Shown here: positions 11,201-20,160 of the stretch, piece after piece
Layout of the letters: the number at the start of each line of letters is the position of its first letter
Position numbering within the stretch: the stretch's first letter is position 1
NCBI GenBank assembly: GCA_041660565.1
Contig: JBAZWC010000001.1
Span: forward strand, 238,481 to 302,480
Source of the DNA: Patescibacteria group bacterium
GTDB taxonomy: Bacteria; Patescibacteriota; UBA1384; CAJBMM01
Direction of reading: 5' to 3'
DNA: 64,000 nucleotides
Position numbers and translations under genes: made by a program
Notes under the pieces: generated by a model
Database searches by the model: none
What the model was told of the DNA's origin: nothing
Seen by the model: the letters and a program-made list of their open reading frames with translations, nothing else

Positions 11201-12267
11201 TGAATTAGGTCAGTTGAGGTGGCAAGACCAACCGCTCTGGTTCCAGAAATTGTACTATACCACATATAATAGAGCGAACCTACTTTCATAACCCCCCAAG
11301 GGTCTAAAGCGGCATCATCCCATTGCCCTGATGTTCCTGATAAAACAGGGTTTGAAGCATATTTAGTCCAACTTACTCCATCTGATGAAGTGGCCAAACC
11401 GATTTTGTTAGGAGTTCCGCCTCGGTACAACATATACCATACCGTATCTTCTTTCCATACCATTGGCACACCTACATTAGTAGTTTCCCATGCAACTGTC
11501 GGGCTTAATATGGGGTTGTGTTCCGAGTCCACTGTCCAACTCAACCCATCCGAAGAAGTGGCATGCAAAGCTGTATCCCAACTGTAATACATGTGGTATG
11601 TGTCGCCATCTTTAAAAACTGACGAAAACCCATCTTTACTAGTAGTGTTTAAAACAGGGTTACTGGCGTATTCACCCCAGAATGCGGAGTCTACTCCGTC
11701 TAAAGACCCGGTATTACGAGATTCAAAACCATCAAAGCCGCCAGCTTCAAACGTTTCTAATCCATCGCCTGCATCGCTAGCGTTAGCGTTACCATAATAC
11801 ATGTAAATTGTTTTTGTTGTAGAGGCGGGGATACTTGGAACTTTAGACCAGATGATTGCAGTTTCTCCGACTGAATCATAATAATCAATCCAATAATCGA
11901 TTAGTGATACGGCGTCGGCATCGGAAAATCGGATATCCGAGCCATCAGAATTCGCTTTTGTGAAATCAAAGTTTGTATCATTTAGAGTAACTTTAACTTG
12001 ATAGTTCGATAAGACATTAGCATTCCCAGAATTATCAACTGTAATTTCTTTGCGATATTGCCAATCGCTATCATACCATGAAGCTGCTTGAACCTGTTTT
12101 TCCGGGATACTAAAACTGCTAAAAATGAATGAACCGGCGCAAAAAAGTATCACAGCCGTTCTGATGAAATGTGAGTGACTATATTTATAGTGGCTAATTA
12201 GTCTGCCGAATTTTTCAAAGTAAGCATTGCCCATTACTGTCCCTCGCTTAATACCAGATACAAACAA
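8203..12267 (-). CDS. giant (1354 aa) multidomain surface protein: DUF2341-like, GH32/43-type beta-propeller blades, LamG-like, 2x FN3, S/T/P linker, PKD domain, C-terminal TM anchor
   Basis: WYDSDWQYRKEITVDN (DUF2341-like start); repeated SSDGxSWT / NPVL / NPIF blade motifs; two near-identical FN3 repeats; NFGDGSTS...YTVTLTVYD PKD-like; C-term hydrophobic anchor + RRKKVRR. Confidence 0.6.
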   Translation of the reverse strand: MFVSGIKRGTVMGNAYFEKFGRLISHYKYSHSHFIRTAVILFCAGSFIFSSFSIPEKQVQAASWYDSDWQYRKEITVDNSGNANVLSNYQVKVTLNDTNFDFTKANSDGSDIRFSDADAVSLIDYWIDYYDSVGETAIIWSKVPSIPASTTKTIYMYYGNANASDAGDGLETFEAGGFDGFESRNTGSLDGVDSAFWGEYASNPVLNTTSKDGFSSVFKDGDTYHMYYSWDTALHATSSDGLSWTVDSEHNPILSPTVAWETTNVGVPMVWKEDTVWYMLYRGGTPNKIGLATSSDGVSWTKYASNPVLSGTSGQWDDAALDPWGVMKVGSLYYMWYSTISGTRAVGLATSTDLIHWTKDANNPIFTGGRFCIFPFKYGDYYYMLVPHYTVSSDKAQIELYRDTSPTFYPASREFIRNAINFGAAAAWNDSDQDTPVVLTDDIYRNSFNLTNNQIWTYFAGSPNGTDTWYTGLTIETDFVSALSRVAPFWTGAGSGGTVTVVDTPIRHGSRSIRQSDTSAIAGTQFYTSSFVPKTTGVIGAWMRRSNTTGGGFDAYLYSGDTIGAVAGLGATYFHYWDGSFHNTAVTYTADTWYLVTLEFNTDLDKYNFVVYDTNYNEIVRQDDISRAVGAINKITFTTDSAVQTSGYLDDFRLRQYSLPEPSTSVGAEVALTPPTVTAQAADNITATSASLHGTIEDVGTQNATVRGFKYYQSSDCTGAINDLSQNGDYGTGAFSLSQSSLSVNTQYSYKPYATNISGSAYGACVAFYTLANVPSAPTVNTPAATSLKITVNQNSNPAGTTYAIYETSTTQYIQANGSLGASAVWQDYTTWGGASGVTNTGLSPNVQYTFEVKAKNSNDTETSFSTTASKYTLANVPSAPTVTLTSATSLTAIINQNSNPAGTTYAIYETSTTQYIQANGTLGASAVWQDYTTWGGALGIVNTGLSANTQYILEVKARNADSTETAYSTTAAKYTSASNPGSATATAQSASSIQVDWTSGGAQSKFNVYRNGLSGSGTLVHSANDLTYSDTGLSASTDYTYYVYSVNGDNVENSNYVSATAATQATPSSDSPTPEPSSTPTPSTATSTPTATPTSTPTSSSSSSSASTTTSSPSPSSSTSTTSSTRPDTTSPIAALGILQDPLTLVTSKSVTFDASSSTDNILITLLEWNFGDGSTSNLSKVNHVYKNPGRYTVTLTVYDKAGNKSKSTQIIDIRPSAPSITDITAKNDSLLIDGTSDPNTIVFLTIHSDPYTTQVLADDEGNWSCRLANASEILGQGSHTVLAHASIKLASNLELEGDESKTYDFNMSVDNGNIEIEKQKTRIWQYVSFGFIALVFVLGFIIYSNRRKKVRR
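9395..10020. repeat. tandem ~310-bp DNA repeat (2 copies) encoding the FN3 repeats
   Basis: 9410-9575 vs 9720-9885 and following segments are near-identical. Confidence 0.7.
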
Positions 12268-12332
12268 ATCGTATCGCTCGTTAACAAGCCATTATAATTA
12301 GTTTAATGCTCTTCATTATCAATGTCAAAAAT

Positions 12333-12398
12333 TTACTTCTTGGATACCTTTTGCAGGTGTAGGTCTTTGAGTAGTTCGGGAGATATTGATATCATCAT
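12333..12398 (-). pseudogene. relic copy of aspS 3' end (micro-ORF MMISISPELLKDLHLQKVSKK*)
   Basis: 25-bp identity to aspS 3' end (aggtctttgagtagttcgggagata) then divergence that is mostly synonymous; lies just downstream of the APH gene. Confidence 0.6.
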
Positions 12399-12420
12399 CC
12401 AATTGCCTGTTCCAAAGTAA

Positions 12421-13335
12421 TTATAACCCGAGTCCTGAGCGACCTTGGTTTAACCAATATTCATTTTCTGCGCTAGCGTTTCCGTAAATATCTCGCTCTC
12501 TCACCGCTCCAATAATATGCATGGCATGTGCTAAATCCACAAAAAGCGGGAATAGTTCCTTTTCGCGGTCGGTTAAAGGATTGTGCCGTCCATATTCCTC
12601 TAAAATATAAGCATGATCGTAGTCCGCGAGTAAATTACAGGCTATCACCGCTAGTTCGAGTAATCTTGGGTAGTAATTTGCGCAAGCAAAATCGATAACA
12701 TAAATACCCCCAGTGCTGTTTCTAATCACGTTCGTTGTTATTATGTCCCCATGAACGAAACAATGAGGAAGTGTCTCTGATTTAATCTCTATAAATATTT
12801 TGACCAGTGGCTCGATTTTTGATTTTTCCGCGGTAGAAAGATAATTTTTTACAATCTGATATTGATCAGCGGCGTTAACAATCGCCCATTCATCATAAAC
12901 ATAGGTAGGCTTAAAGTTAGTTCCATTTATTTTGGCTGCTTCGCTCAGAATAACTTTTGCTTCACTTTTCGTAGGTTTTTGCTTTAGCTCGTAAAAAGTT
13001 TTTCCGTCAACAAATTCAAAAACTGATAAATTTCTGCCATCAATGATATTCAGACTAGGCGGATACATCTTTGGCGTTTTTATATCAGCTGTGCACGCCT
13101 TTTGGATAATCTCTACGTATCGACGGCATTCATTAATGTCTCGATATAATCCGAATATCTTGACGAAATAAGTGCCAATGGTCGTCTCGAGAATGTAGTT
13201 GTCATCCTCGTAGCCAATTTCGACCTTTGAGAATCTTGTTAATTTTCCAAAATGATAATCTTGTACGACATGCTCGAAAAAGCCTACCTTATCTCCGCTA
13301 AGACATTTTTTATCACGATAATTTAATTCTCTCAT
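12421..13335 (-). CDS. phosphotransferase enzyme family protein (APH/choline-kinase-like)
   Basis: HGDIITTNVI (Brenner HxDxxxxN) and VIDFACANY (DFG-like) motifs; 304 aa. Confidence 0.7.
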   Translation of the reverse strand: MRELNYRDKKCLSGDKVGFFEHVVQDYHFGKLTRFSKVEIGYEDDNYILETTIGTYFVKIFGLYRDINECRRYVEIIQKACTADIKTPKMYPPSLNIIDGRNLSVFEFVDGKTFYELKQKPTKSEAKVILSEAAKINGTNFKPTYVYDEWAIVNAADQYQIVKNYLSTAEKSKIEPLVKIFIEIKSETLPHCFVHGDIITTNVIRNSTGGIYVIDFACANYYPRLLELAVIACNLLADYDHAYILEEYGRHNPLTDREKELFPLFVDLAHAMHIIGAVRERDIYGNASAENEYWLNQGRSGLGL

Positions 13336-13367
13336 CGTCTAACTATGCCTGCCAATTTTTGAGGTAA

Positions 13368-14792
13368 TTATTTTTTCTCTATTTTTTGCAAATGGAGGTC
13401 TTTGAGTAGTTCGGGAGATAGTTCTGCGGGGGCGTTCATCATCAGATCTCGCCCATCACCGGTTTTTGGAAACGCAATTACTTCTCTAATACTTAAACCG
13501 GTAATTGCCATAATTAAACGATCAATCCCAGGCGCCATGCCGCCATGAGGCGGGCATCCATATGAAAACGCCTCTAGCATGTGACCAAAACGTTCTTTTA
13601 TTTGAGTGTCGGACAACTCTAAAGCTTTGAATATCGCCTCTTGCTGATCAGCGCGATGGATACGAATTGATCCTGACCCTAACTCTAATCCGTTGGCCAC
13701 TAAGTCGTAGGAATTCGCTTTGATTTTAAGCAACTTTTGAATATCAACTTTCTCACCCTTGCGTACTTTTTCCATTAACTCATCGTTTTCTGGGGTTGGC
13801 TGCCAGCTGGTGAATGGATGATGAGCCGAGGTAAGTTTGCCTTCTTTGGTAAGCTCAAACAACGGGAAATCTACCACAAATGCCAACGCCACCTCGTCCC
13901 AGTTAGATTTGTCTTGGCGTAGGTCTGGTTTATCGGAATGGTACTTAGTCATCGCCTCATCGTAAGACAAGCGTTTGAAGGGTTTGAACGTCAATTTTTT
14001 CTCCGGGCAAACTGATTCAAGAGTTGTAGTATAGAGTTCTTCGATCATTTGCAGAATTTCTTCTTGATCTACAAAGCTCATTTCAATATCCAATTGAGTA
14101 AATTCCGGTTGTCGGTCTTCTCGCGGATCTTCATCTCGCATGCATTTTGGAAACTGAAAATACTTTTCAAATCCAGCCACCATTAGCAGCTGCTTGAACT
14201 GTTGTGGAGATTGTGGGAGCGCGTAACCTTTACCCGGGTGCACACGTGACGGCACAATGTATTCGCGCGCGCCTTCGGGCGTGTCTTTGGTTAAGAACGG
14301 GGTTTCTACTTCAATAAATCCGCGCTCGGTTAACCAGTTTCGCATATTTAGCATCAGTTGCTGACGTAATTGCATCCGTTTTAGCATGCTGGGGCGGCGC
14401 AAATCGAGATAGCGGTAACGTAAGCGTACTTCCTCATCAATTTTAATATTGTCATCAATTTCAAACGGCGGGGTTTGTGATGAGTTTAGAACCGTAATTT
14501 CGGCGCTTTGCATTTCTACGGTTCCGGTTGGTAATTGTGGATTAGCCATTTTATCACCGCGTTTAACAATTTCTCCGGTAATTTGCAACACCCATTCGCG
14601 CCCAACGTTCTGTGATTGCAGTTTTTCGACTAATTTAGGCTCGGCTACCACCACTTGTAATAAACCGGTTCTGTCACGCATATCTAAAAAGATAATTCGC
14701 CCGTGATCGCGGCGGGTTTGCACCCATCCGGACACAGTAACGGTTTTTCCAACGTGGCTAACGGTGTCTAGGTTATAAATTCGGTCTTTCAT
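13368..14792 (-). CDS. aspS: aspartyl-tRNA synthetase, compact form without GAD insertion
   Basis: N-terminal OB fold; HSDKPDLR; FVVDFPLFE; HHPFTSWQ; GGMAPGIDRLIMAITGLSIREVIAFPKT. Confidence 0.85.
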   Translation of the reverse strand: MKDRIYNLDTVSHVGKTVTVSGWVQTRRDHGRIIFLDMRDRTGLLQVVVAEPKLVEKLQSQNVGREWVLQITGEIVKRGDKMANPQLPTGTVEMQSAEITVLNSSQTPPFEIDDNIKIDEEVRLRYRYLDLRRPSMLKRMQLRQQLMLNMRNWLTERGFIEVETPFLTKDTPEGAREYIVPSRVHPGKGYALPQSPQQFKQLLMVAGFEKYFQFPKCMRDEDPREDRQPEFTQLDIEMSFVDQEEILQMIEELYTTTLESVCPEKKLTFKPFKRLSYDEAMTKYHSDKPDLRQDKSNWDEVALAFVVDFPLFELTKEGKLTSAHHPFTSWQPTPENDELMEKVRKGEKVDIQKLLKIKANSYDLVANGLELGSGSIRIHRADQQEAIFKALELSDTQIKERFGHMLEAFSYGCPPHGGMAPGIDRLIMAITGLSIREVIAFPKTGDGRDLMMNAPAELSPELLKDLHLQKIEKK

Positions 14793-14795
14793 TTC

Positions 14796-17066
14796 TTACC
14801 TTTGTGTAATTTGATATTTTTCTATTAATTTTGATTCAATTTTGGCCATTTCGGTATTTACCTGATCCTCGATCAATGTTTTTTCCGGATCTTGGAATAA
14901 TAAGTGAAATGATAGTGACTGTTCGCCTGATTTCGATTTATCCACATAACGATCAAATAGAATAATCGGCAGGAGTAATGGTGTTTGATTTTGAATAAAG
15001 CGAGATATTTCACCGATGGCGTAGCGCGTGTTTACGGTAAACGATAAGTCTCGTTTTACCACCGGAGTTTTGGCGTATGGTTGGCAAGATATGTTATTCG
15101 GAATTAGTGAGACGATTTTTTCAAAATTCAGTTCGAATCCGTATAGCGTAACGGTAGATTGACGGGTTTTTATGTGACCAATTTTAGTGTCGCGATACAA
15201 AATCGTGGCAGAGTCTGGCGTAGCTTGCTCAAACTTGATCTCGGTGATATTCAAATGTAGCTGGTGCAGTAAAACAGCCAAGAACTGTTTAAGATCTGCC
15301 TCACTGGTTTGGAATACGGCGCTAAGATACAACGGCTGTTGTGGTAATTTTTCCGCCGTCTTGGTGGAGTGGTACACCGTGCCAAATTCAAAAATATTAA
15401 AGTTGGTGTGGCCATTCTTATATTGATAACCGGCCAAATCAAACAGTTGCGGCAGTAATGATGTACGCAGGAACTTTAGATCACCAATTGGGTTTTGAAT
15501 TTCAACCGACAATTCATCCTTCTTCGCAACCATTACCGCGGTTTCCACCTCATTAGCTATAATGATGGCGGCATTACGCATTTTATTAAGCGCGGCTTCT
15601 CTATCGTTTACTGATCTCGCTGTTTTAACCAGTGGCAGACTAATATCAATTTTGTTGTATCCGTATATTCGGGCGATGTCTTCGGTAACGTCGGCCAAAG
15701 CGTGAACATCGCTACGCCACCATGGCGGTGTAACAGATTTATTTGACATTTGATAATGAAGCAAAGATAGAATGTTGATCATTTCATTTTCAGATAAGTT
15801 GGTGCCGAGTATTTGATTTACTTGTTTAGCGTCAAACGGGATTGTGATCAACTTTGAGTCGGTATCCCCCACTATCTGACAAAATGATACTTTACCATCG
15901 GACTCTTTTAATATTAATTCTAGTACCGAGTTAAATCCGTTTATGACCGTAGATTTAGTTAGCCCGCGTTCAAACCTGGCACTGGCATCGGTGCGCAAAC
16001 CCAAACGACGTGAGGTTTGTCTAACTGATACGGGCGAAAATTGGCCGGCGGTTAAAATGACCGAACTATCATCGTTTTCCGATTTTGTTTCTGAACCGCC
16101 AATGATACCGGCGATATCTAATGCTTGTTTGTTACTAGAAATTACCAAATCGCTGCTTGATAGTTGATAAGATTTTCCATTTAATACGGTAATCTTTTCA
16201 GAATCCTTGGCAAATTCAACGCTAATTTGGTTTTTGGTAATACATTTGGCTGAAAAAACGTGTGTTGGCATACCTTCTTTGAGCATAATGTAGTTGGTAA
16301 TGTCGGTAACCAAATTGATTGGATTTACGCCGTGATCGGTCAAAAACTGGGTGAGCCACGCTGGGGAGTGGTGTTTACGCATATTATCAATTTTAGCCAC
16401 GCAGAACGTGCTACAGTGGCTTGCAGAGGCCACAGAGACGTGAATATTCTCAGCATTTACTGTTTTTGGCGTATTTGGGATGATATATGGCGTTTTGAGC
16501 CCAAAACAGGCATCTAAATCGGCTTCTAAGCCGCGATATGATAGCAGTTCGGGGCGATGCCCGGTACCTTTATCATCGGTTTCAATAATCACTTGAGTTG
16601 GTATTATAGATTCAGCCGGCACGCCTAATTTTGTATCCTCTGGAAATATATGAATTCCTTTAACCTCAACATTTTCCAAACCCAGCTCGTCTGGCCCGCA
16701 CAACATCCCATTTGATAAGACGCCGCGGATGGTTGACGATTTAATTTGCATTACAGTTTCGCTGCCGTCAGTTAGCGATAACACTTCGGCGCCAACCAGG
16801 GCAACCGGAACAATTTGGCCAACCTGAACATTCGGTGCTCCGGTGACGATATCTAGCATTTCTCCACCCAGATCGATACTACAAATAACCAATCGGTCAG
16901 CATTGGGATGTTTTTGGATATCGCAAATTTTTCCGGTAACCACGCCTTTGGCTCGAATACCGCTAGACTGAACTCCCTCAACCTCTTGAATGTGATCACT
17001 AATAATTTCGGCAAGCTTGCTTGCTGAGGTGTTGTATTTGTCTAAATATTTATTGATGAATCTCAT
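14796..17066 (-). CDS. pheT: phenylalanyl-tRNA synthetase beta subunit
   Basis: N-terminal tRNA-binding domain (KGVVTGKICDIQKHPNADRLVICSIDLG), B3/4 and B5 regions, 756 aa, directly downstream of pheS. Confidence 0.85.
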   Translation of the reverse strand: MRFINKYLDKYNTSASKLAEIISDHIQEVEGVQSSGIRAKGVVTGKICDIQKHPNADRLVICSIDLGGEMLDIVTGAPNVQVGQIVPVALVGAEVLSLTDGSETVMQIKSSTIRGVLSNGMLCGPDELGLENVEVKGIHIFPEDTKLGVPAESIIPTQVIIETDDKGTGHRPELLSYRGLEADLDACFGLKTPYIIPNTPKTVNAENIHVSVASASHCSTFCVAKIDNMRKHHSPAWLTQFLTDHGVNPINLVTDITNYIMLKEGMPTHVFSAKCITKNQISVEFAKDSEKITVLNGKSYQLSSSDLVISSNKQALDIAGIIGGSETKSENDDSSVILTAGQFSPVSVRQTSRRLGLRTDASARFERGLTKSTVINGFNSVLELILKESDGKVSFCQIVGDTDSKLITIPFDAKQVNQILGTNLSENEMINILSLLHYQMSNKSVTPPWWRSDVHALADVTEDIARIYGYNKIDISLPLVKTARSVNDREAALNKMRNAAIIIANEVETAVMVAKKDELSVEIQNPIGDLKFLRTSLLPQLFDLAGYQYKNGHTNFNIFEFGTVYHSTKTAEKLPQQPLYLSAVFQTSEADLKQFLAVLLHQLHLNITEIKFEQATPDSATILYRDTKIGHIKTRQSTVTLYGFELNFEKIVSLIPNNISCQPYAKTPVVKRDLSFTVNTRYAIGEISRFIQNQTPLLLPIILFDRYVDKSKSGEQSLSFHLLFQDPEKTLIEDQVNTEMAKIESKLIEKYQITQR

Positions 17067-17123
17067 TTTCCGCTTTCAAAATTGGATTGATTGGCACAAT
17101 TGGACTAATTGGAATCTTTTATA

Positions 17124-18113
17124 TTAATATAAACCTTGTTCTAAAAATCTGGGGTCGTTTTTGGTTAACTCACGAATGTCGGTAATGCCGTACTTTGCCA
17201 TGCAAAGTCGCTCTACACCCACCCCAAAGGCAATCCCACGGTAAATTTTCGGATCTAAACCACCATTGGCAATAATTTCGGGATGAGACATGCCACAGCC
17301 TAGAAGCTCCAACCAACCTTTGTTGCCGCAAGACTTACAACCCTTGCCCGCACAATGTTTGCAGGCGATGTCTATTTCGGCGCCCGGTTCAACAAATGGA
17401 AAATAGCCGGGTCGAAAACGAGTTTTAGTGTCTTCACCAAATAGTTTTTTAGTGGTGTGGAGAAGTACGCCACGTAAATCGGCAAAAGATAACTTATCCG
17501 TAACCGCAAAAATATCAAATTGGTGAAATGCGGACAGATGAGTAGAATCGTCTGCCTCGGCTCTAAACACCCTTCCGGCTTGCATCACCGCAAATGGCGG
17601 TTTTAGCTGAGCCAATACGCGTTTTTGAAAAGCGGTGGTTTGGGTACGCAAAACGTCTTTATCAACTGTCCAAAATGTGTCTTGCATATCACGTGCTGGA
17701 TGATCTTTGGGTACACGGAGAAAATCAAAGTTATCAAATTCTAGCTCAATATCGGGCGTTTTGAACTCGCTAAATCCTAGTTCACCAAAAATATCATACA
17801 AAGTATGAATCATCGCTTGCACCGGGTGCTGATGACCATGCGCATTAAGTTGCAGCGGAGATGTTAGATCAATCGAATTGGATTGTTTGTTTGAGTTAGT
17901 CAACAATGATTCAAGCTTAATTTTGGTTGCATTAGCAACGCTACCAATCTCTTTACGCAAATCACCCTGCAAAGACGGGATTTCTTTAACCAAAGCATTG
18001 TACAGCCCTTTTCGGCCAAGATACTTGGTGCTTAAAACATCAAATTCAGTACCAGATTTAATATCTGATTCACAGGTAATGATTAATTTTTCGAAGTCTT
18101 TAGTTGATATCAT
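17124..18113 (-). CDS. pheS: phenylalanyl-tRNA synthetase alpha subunit
   Basis: FRPGYFPFVEPGAEIDIAC class II signature; 329 aa. Confidence 0.9.
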   Translation of the reverse strand: MISTKDFEKLIITCESDIKSGTEFDVLSTKYLGRKGLYNALVKEIPSLQGDLRKEIGSVANATKIKLESLLTNSNKQSNSIDLTSPLQLNAHGHQHPVQAMIHTLYDIFGELGFSEFKTPDIELEFDNFDFLRVPKDHPARDMQDTFWTVDKDVLRTQTTAFQKRVLAQLKPPFAVMQAGRVFRAEADDSTHLSAFHQFDIFAVTDKLSFADLRGVLLHTTKKLFGEDTKTRFRPGYFPFVEPGAEIDIACKHCAGKGCKSCGNKGWLELLGCGMSHPEIIANGGLDPKIYRGIAFGVGVERLCMAKYGITDIRELTKNDPRFLEQGLY

Positions 18114-18114
18114 T

Positions 18115-18495
18115 TTACGCTCGTAATTTTAACGGAACTCTAACCCAGAAGAATAGCTCAAACAGAAACGCGGATGAAAAAATCATTAAACAATCAAGCA
18201 GCGAGAGTACTCGCAGAGATTGCATCACCAGAATAATACATGCTACTGCGGCAATAATTGCGCCTTGTCGCATGACCAAGAATATATGATTTGTGACTGT
18301 TTCAAGGCCAATGCTTTTAATTGAAAGCAGTCTGAAAAACGATGTGCTACTGAATATCAAACAAAAAATGGCTAAATAAAACAACCATTTTAGCTTTGTG
18401 CTAGCGGTATACGGATCAGAATTGGTGATGATAAGATAAACCACAAATGCCGAAAAAGCCAGCACAAGCAAAAGTAAGAATTTGATTCGTTTCAT
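18115..18495 (-). CDS. small membrane protein, hypothetical
   Basis: 126 aa, 4 hydrophobic helices, starts right after the pheS stop. Confidence 0.4.
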   Translation of the reverse strand: MKRIKFLLLLVLAFSAFVVYLIITNSDPYTASTKLKWLFYLAIFCLIFSSTSFFRLLSIKSIGLETVTNHIFLVMRQGAIIAAVACIILVMQSLRVLSLLDCLMIFSSAFLFELFFWVRVPLKLRA

Positions 18496-18542
18496 ATCAT
18501 TACTATAGCACTATTGAGCAGATGAGGATAGGGCAATCCTGT

Positions 18543-18895
18543 TCTTGTTCGAGGATCTAGGCGTCCGAGAACTATATTTCGGTGTTATAATATATGTATG
18601 TATAAACAATGGCACTGGTATGTCTATATAATTAAATGTAGTGATGGACTATATTATACTGGTCTAACGTGGGATTTGCACAATCGATTTGAGCAACATA
18701 AATCAGGCAATGGCTGTCGATTTACTGCAAAACACGGCGCGGGAGAGCTGGTCTATGCCGAAATCATTGATGATTTAACTGCCGCGAGATTTCGAGAAAA
18801 ACAAATAAAAGATTACAGTAGGGCAAAAAAAGAAATTCTGATCAAGAATTTCAAAGGACTTTAACTAGGTAGTTCTCGCTACGCTCGAACAAGAA
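18543..18895. mobile_element. imperfect palindromic element (arms ttcttgttcgag...cgagaacta) with a GIY-YIG ORF in its loop
   Basis: left arm 18543-18574, right arm 18870-18895 are inverted copies; the same palindrome without cargo is at 43277-43352. Confidence 0.6.
18598..18864 (+). CDS. GIY-YIG nuclease superfamily protein (UPF0213/YhbQ-like)
   Basis: WYVYIIKCSDGLYYTGLTWDLHNRFEQHKSG GIY-YIG motif; 88 aa; only plus-strand gene between two minus-strand genes. Confidence 0.75.
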   Translation: MYKQWHWYVYIIKCSDGLYYTGLTWDLHNRFEQHKSGNGCRFTAKHGAGELVYAEIIDDLTAARFREKQIKDYSRAKKEILIKNFKGL

Positions 18896-18903
18896 AAGTT
18901 GAA

Positions 18904-19227
18904 TTATCTCTTGTTCTCGTCGAGTAGCTCGGTTATATGAGAGGCATATTCGATGCCGGTATCAAGCAGTAGTTCAATTCTGGGAATATAGCGTAGTTTT
19001 AATCTTTTAGATAACTCATGGCGTAGTTCCGGTACCCGTTTTTGCATCGATTCCAAATTAGAGCCACGTTTATTGATAAAACTAACCCATACCTTAGCGT
19101 TGTTTAGCTCTGGGCTTATGTCTACTTTGGTAATAGAAAAAAAGTTATCCGCAAGATCGTCCATATAGAACTGACTGATCTCTTGCATGAACAATGAGTT
19201 AAGTTTGTCGATACGATTTGTTGACAT
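18904..19227 (-). CDS. rbfA: ribosome-binding factor A
   Basis: 107 aa; pattern similar to RbfA (…ITKVDISPELNNAKVWVSF…). Confidence 0.65.
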   Translation of the reverse strand: MSTNRIDKLNSLFMQEISQFYMDDLADNFFSITKVDISPELNNAKVWVSFINKRGSNLESMQKRVPELRHELSKRLKLRYIPRIELLLDTGIEYASHITELLDENKR

Positions 19228-19236
19228 AATTCCTTT

Positions 19237-19312
19237 GTCATTCCGGGCTTGACCCGGAATCTATATACAAAGTCTTTTATAGACTGGATTCCCGCCTTCG
19301 CGGGAATGACAG
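19237..19312. repeat. two adjacent intergenic palindromic elements (type A GTCATTCCGGGCTTGACCCGGAATCTATATA; type B ATTCCCGCcttcGCGGGAATGACA)
   Basis: perfect 8-bp stems; copies of both types recur across the window (see findings). Confidence 0.75.
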
Positions 19313-19330
19313 TGCTGATATTCGATATAT

Positions 19331-19738
19331 TTAACGTTTGGAGAACTGAGGACCACGACGGGCACCGTGTAAGCCGAATTTCTGACGCTCTTTTTCACGA
19401 GGATCACGAGTTAACAGGCCGAGTTTTTTCAATGTTGGTCTAAAAGTAATATCAAAATCAATTAATGATCGGGCTAAGCCATGGCGAATAGCGATGATCT
19501 GACCAATTTTTCCGCCACCAGATACGTGCGCAGAGATATCAACCTTATTAGTTAATCCTACTTGATCTAAAACATTAGATAATTCCGGATATAACTCAAC
19601 TGGTTTGTCGTTTACTAAGAAACGGCCGTTCCCGGTCATTAAACGTACTTGAGCAACCGCGGTTTTGCGTCTGCCGGTGCCGTAATTGTATTTTTCGTCA
19701 GTTGATTTTGTATCAACTTTTTCAATATTTTCGCTCAT
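19331..19738 (-). CDS. rpsI: 30S ribosomal protein S9
   Basis: GTGRRKTAVAQVRL ... RRGPQFSKR. Confidence 0.9.
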   Translation of the reverse strand: MSENIEKVDTKSTDEKYNYGTGRRKTAVAQVRLMTGNGRFLVNDKPVELYPELSNVLDQVGLTNKVDISAHVSGGGKIGQIIAIRHGLARSLIDFDITFRPTLKKLGLLTRDPREKERQKFGLHGARRGPQFSKR

Positions 19739-20160
19739 TTATTATCCTTAGCCTTTTCAACTTTTCCGAAGTTAGCGGCGTGTGGGTGATTACTATCTGC
19801 ATAGATGTGTAATCTTTTTAACCAAACATCTCGTTGCAGAGTTTTTGGTAACATGCCGTTCACGGCGTTGTAAATAATTTTACTTGGGTCTGTGTCTTTA
19901 AGTACTGAATAAGGCATGGTGCGCAAGCCGGTTGGCCAGCCGGTGTGATGGATATATGATTTAGTATTAGCTTTATTGCCGGTTACCACAATTTTAGCGG
20001 CATTTATGACCACTACCATATCACCAACATCGTTGTGGCGTCTAAAATCGACTTTATTTTTACCACGTAAATGACCAGCAATTTCGGTGGCTAATCTGCC
20101 TAAAACTTTACCTTCGGCATCAATTAAATACCATTTTCGTTCAATATCGGCGTTATTCAT
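19735..20160 (-). CDS. rplM: 50S ribosomal protein L13
   Basis: WYLIDAEGKVLGRLATEIA. Confidence 0.9.
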   Translation of the reverse strand: MNNADIERKWYLIDAEGKVLGRLATEIAGHLRGKNKVDFRRHNDVGDMVVVINAAKIVVTGNKANTKSYIHHTGWPTGLRTMPYSVLKDTDPSKIIYNAVNGMLPKTLQRDVWLKRLHIYADSNHPHAANFGKVEKAKDNK

